A stretch of 48,930 nucleotides of DNA, the filler included, from Streblomastix strix (Eukaryota): NCBI GenBank assembly GCA_008636045.1. It is 3 parts of 3 records of this genome, joined end to end, with 100 filler letters (N's around TTAATTAATTAA, not from the genome) between each part and the next. Parts side by side here need not be neighbours in the genome. Positions count along the whole stretch, not along the records: positions 32,693 to 48,930 come from SNRW01000852.1; 2 more parts are not named here. One strand, 5' to 3'. The number at the start of each line of letters is the position of its first letter. Position 1 is the first letter of the stretch. This document shows, piece after piece, positions 46,690 through 48,930 of the stretch. The translations under genes were made by a program, and so were the position numbers. The notes under the pieces are model-generated. The model was given only the letters and a program-made list of their open reading frames with translations, had not been told where the DNA came from and did no database searches.

Positions 46690-47533
46690 AAAGTTAGCTT
46701 CAATAATGAGACTTTCATAATTGGTTCATATGATAGCTTTGAGATATTGATACGTGATAAAGATGGATACATCAACGCAACAAAATTATTGTAATAGATA
46801 AATGATGGATAGCATTAAAATAAACAATTGAAAAATATTTTACACTCACTAATATATTCAAATTATAAGAATTACATCGTTTAAGGAGGTAAGCAGATTT
46901 TTCAGCTAACCACTTGATTATCTTCTTCCTACTAGTTTTATCGATGATCTTTGAGGAATATATGTTTACAAAGAATTATTAGATACCATATGCATGAAAG
47001 CATCTATGAAATATTTATATGATGTTAACTAGATAATGGACAAAATTAACGAAAGAGTTTTTGTAGAATATAATGTTGATCCCAATACTCCCATAAGTAC
47101 ACATGTCGATAATGATACGAGTGAATTCAAAAAATATTAACAAGATGAAATTGATTGATTATGAGAATAGAATAATGAACTGAACACTGATATACAACAC
47201 TTATAAACAAAAGCTGTTCTGAAAAGTAAATAGAGAAGTTTTTGCTTAATAGTTGAAGAAGTTCATTAATATGATGATTAAATAAAGATATAAATTAGAA
47301 GAAAAATGAAGAAAACTATTAGCAAAGGATTAATGGAATAATAAAAACATGACACTTTACTATTTATCGATAAATTGCCGACAGCTACGACAATGAATGA
47401 TGTAATTTAAGAAGAATTCATTAGACGAGATGGGCTGAAAATAAAAGCAACTAAATATACATTTCCGTATGACTAATTAGATGATATAATCGAAAGAATT
47501 AAGGAGATCGTAATTGAGGTATAAGATATATGA
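46690..47533 (+). pseudogene. KilA-N domain protein with coiled-coil C-terminus
   Basis: GSYDSFEILIRDKDGYINATKLL ... L*GIYVYKELL..ICMKASMKY..VNQIMDKIN; several internal TGA and a frameshift. Confidence 0.85.
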
Positions 47534-47559
47534 GCTTAATTTATTTTTATTTAATTGAA

Positions 47560-47965
47560 ATGTCTCGTATTCTATTCGATAGAAAGTTAGTCAAAAACCA
47601 TGAATCATTAGACAAAATGTTATAATTATCTGAACAAAAAATAATCAATAAAACTGATGTATAACTATTAACGTTTGATTCGATTGATGAATTCCATTAA
47701 TGCTATGCATGTAATAAAGAATCTATTGATAAAATGCCATCAATAAAAATTAAACAAATTATATAAAATTGAAGGGTATATCTTCACAAAATAGAATGAA
47801 TAATTAGCATTGAAATAAGCAAAACATAAGTCATCTGATCAAATTGAACTTGCCAGTTTATTAGAACTATTCAAAGAAATTAATGCAAAGTTAACATATT
47901 TAATTAGCTTCTTTGAATAAAAATAACAATCAACATCATAAGAAGATGATGAGTACGTTCATTGA
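47560..47965 (+). pseudogene. Small viral hypothetical protein(s), decayed
   Basis: MSRILFDRKLVKNHESL... and ...IELASLLELFKEINAKL fragments. Confidence 0.4.
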
Positions 47966-48671
47966 ATCGTACTATTTTCACAACTGTTCCATCATTACTA
48001 TATTGTACCAATAATGCTTCTCGTTTGCCTAATTGCACATATTCATTCCATAATGTTTCTTTATCTATTTGTAACAGTGATTATTTGAAGAAAAGATTGA
48101 ATTTTTATCCATTAAATCCACCGAAAAAGTATATTGTATCCACATTAGATTTAATACTAGCGTCTAAGCCAATTATATCTTGCAAGCATAGGAAATAATT
48201 GATTCTTGGCTATCTATTTTTGAATAGTTTCTTATTTAAAGGATTGTTTTTATTTTTAAAGATACTCATTGCATCTTCGAACAGCACTATTGTATGTGGA
48301 AATTTCATAGAAAAATCCATTGCTCCAATATGAGATTATATATCTTATTTTGATTCATCTTTCATTTATTTTTCTAATTTCTTTTCATTTACTTCAACAT
48401 ACACTTTCTTATATTCGATCAGTTCATCTAATGTTTCATTTATTTCTGCATATGGAACTATCTTTCTAGATATTTTTACTAAATCTTTCAATTTTTTATA
48501 AGTTATATCATTATTGCTATCAATAACATACACAAATAACGTGTAACATTAATTAGGTAATTAGCTCAATTTGATTAGCTCTTTGAATACGTTATATGAT
48601 TTACCACTACCTCGTTATCCTATAAGTAAATTGATAGAATTATATGAGAAATTTAGTTCATTATGAATCAT
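47871..48671 (-). CDS. A32-like (FtsK/HerA) genome-packaging ATPase
   Basis: MIHNELNFSYNSINLLIGQRGSGKS (Walker A), HTIVLFED (Walker B), NRQPRINYFLCLQD (Arg/Gln motifs), IKSNVDTIYFF. No internal stop or frameshift found. Confidence 0.88.
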
Positions 48672-48930
48672 ATTATGTAGGTTATTAAATTGCTTGTTAT
48701 ATGACTGATTCAATAGTCTATTAAGGTTATTATTGAGCAATAGGATTTTAAGTAACAATTTAAGGTTATTTAGCAGTATTAGTTTATATAGATTTAGGTG
48801 TCTTAAATTGATTTAAATAAGCTTATTATTCAGCTTCTAATTCTGTATCTCTAACTTATTCCCAATAAGACTTAAATATTCTAGAACCTGTAAGAATTTC
48901 ATTTAATATATCATATTCCTCCTAAGCAGA
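48658..48930 (-). CDS. 3' end of a Gln/Pro-rich viral ORF (partial)
   Basis: ...TQNPIAQQQPQQTIESVIQQAIQQPTQYDSQ*, overlapping the ATPase start. Confidence 0.45.

Larger units (their letters stand above)
32693..48930. mobile_element. Endogenous Polinton-like (mid-size eukaryotic dsDNA) virus, partly decayed; both ends outside the visible sequence
   Basis: Intronless, densely packed ORFs including an A32-like ATPase, D5-like SF3 helicase, KilA-N, fibre-repeat protein and capsid-sized beta-rich ORF, with many frameshifts and stops. Confidence 0.85.

Overview
Very AT-rich eukaryotic (protist) genomic DNA that only reads with translation table 6 (TAA/TAG = Gln, TGA = stop), so the supplied ORF track is mostly uninformative. 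The code, short AT-rich GT-AG introns and gene style fit an oxymonad such as Streblomastix, but this is an inference, since ciliates and hexamitids share the code. The window is three pieces joined by artificial N-TTAATTAATTAA-N linkers (16255-16354, 32593-32692), plus one 100-N gap (5128-5227). Positions 1-32592 hold host genes: an Sfi1-like Trp-repeat protein, a RING-H2 E3 ligase, Vps25, an S28 peptidase homolog lacking its catalytic Ser, a TPR protein, Nup107 and several low-complexity hypotheticals. Positions 32693-48930 hold a decaying endogenous Polinton-like DNA virus with a D5-like SF3 helicase, a Fic-domain gene, a repeat fibre protein, probable major/minor capsid proteins, KilA-N and an intact A32-like packaging ATPase. 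Three non-autonomous TIR transposons are nested in the virus; one has an unusual TGCA target duplication and carries an ORF. All translations were done by eye.
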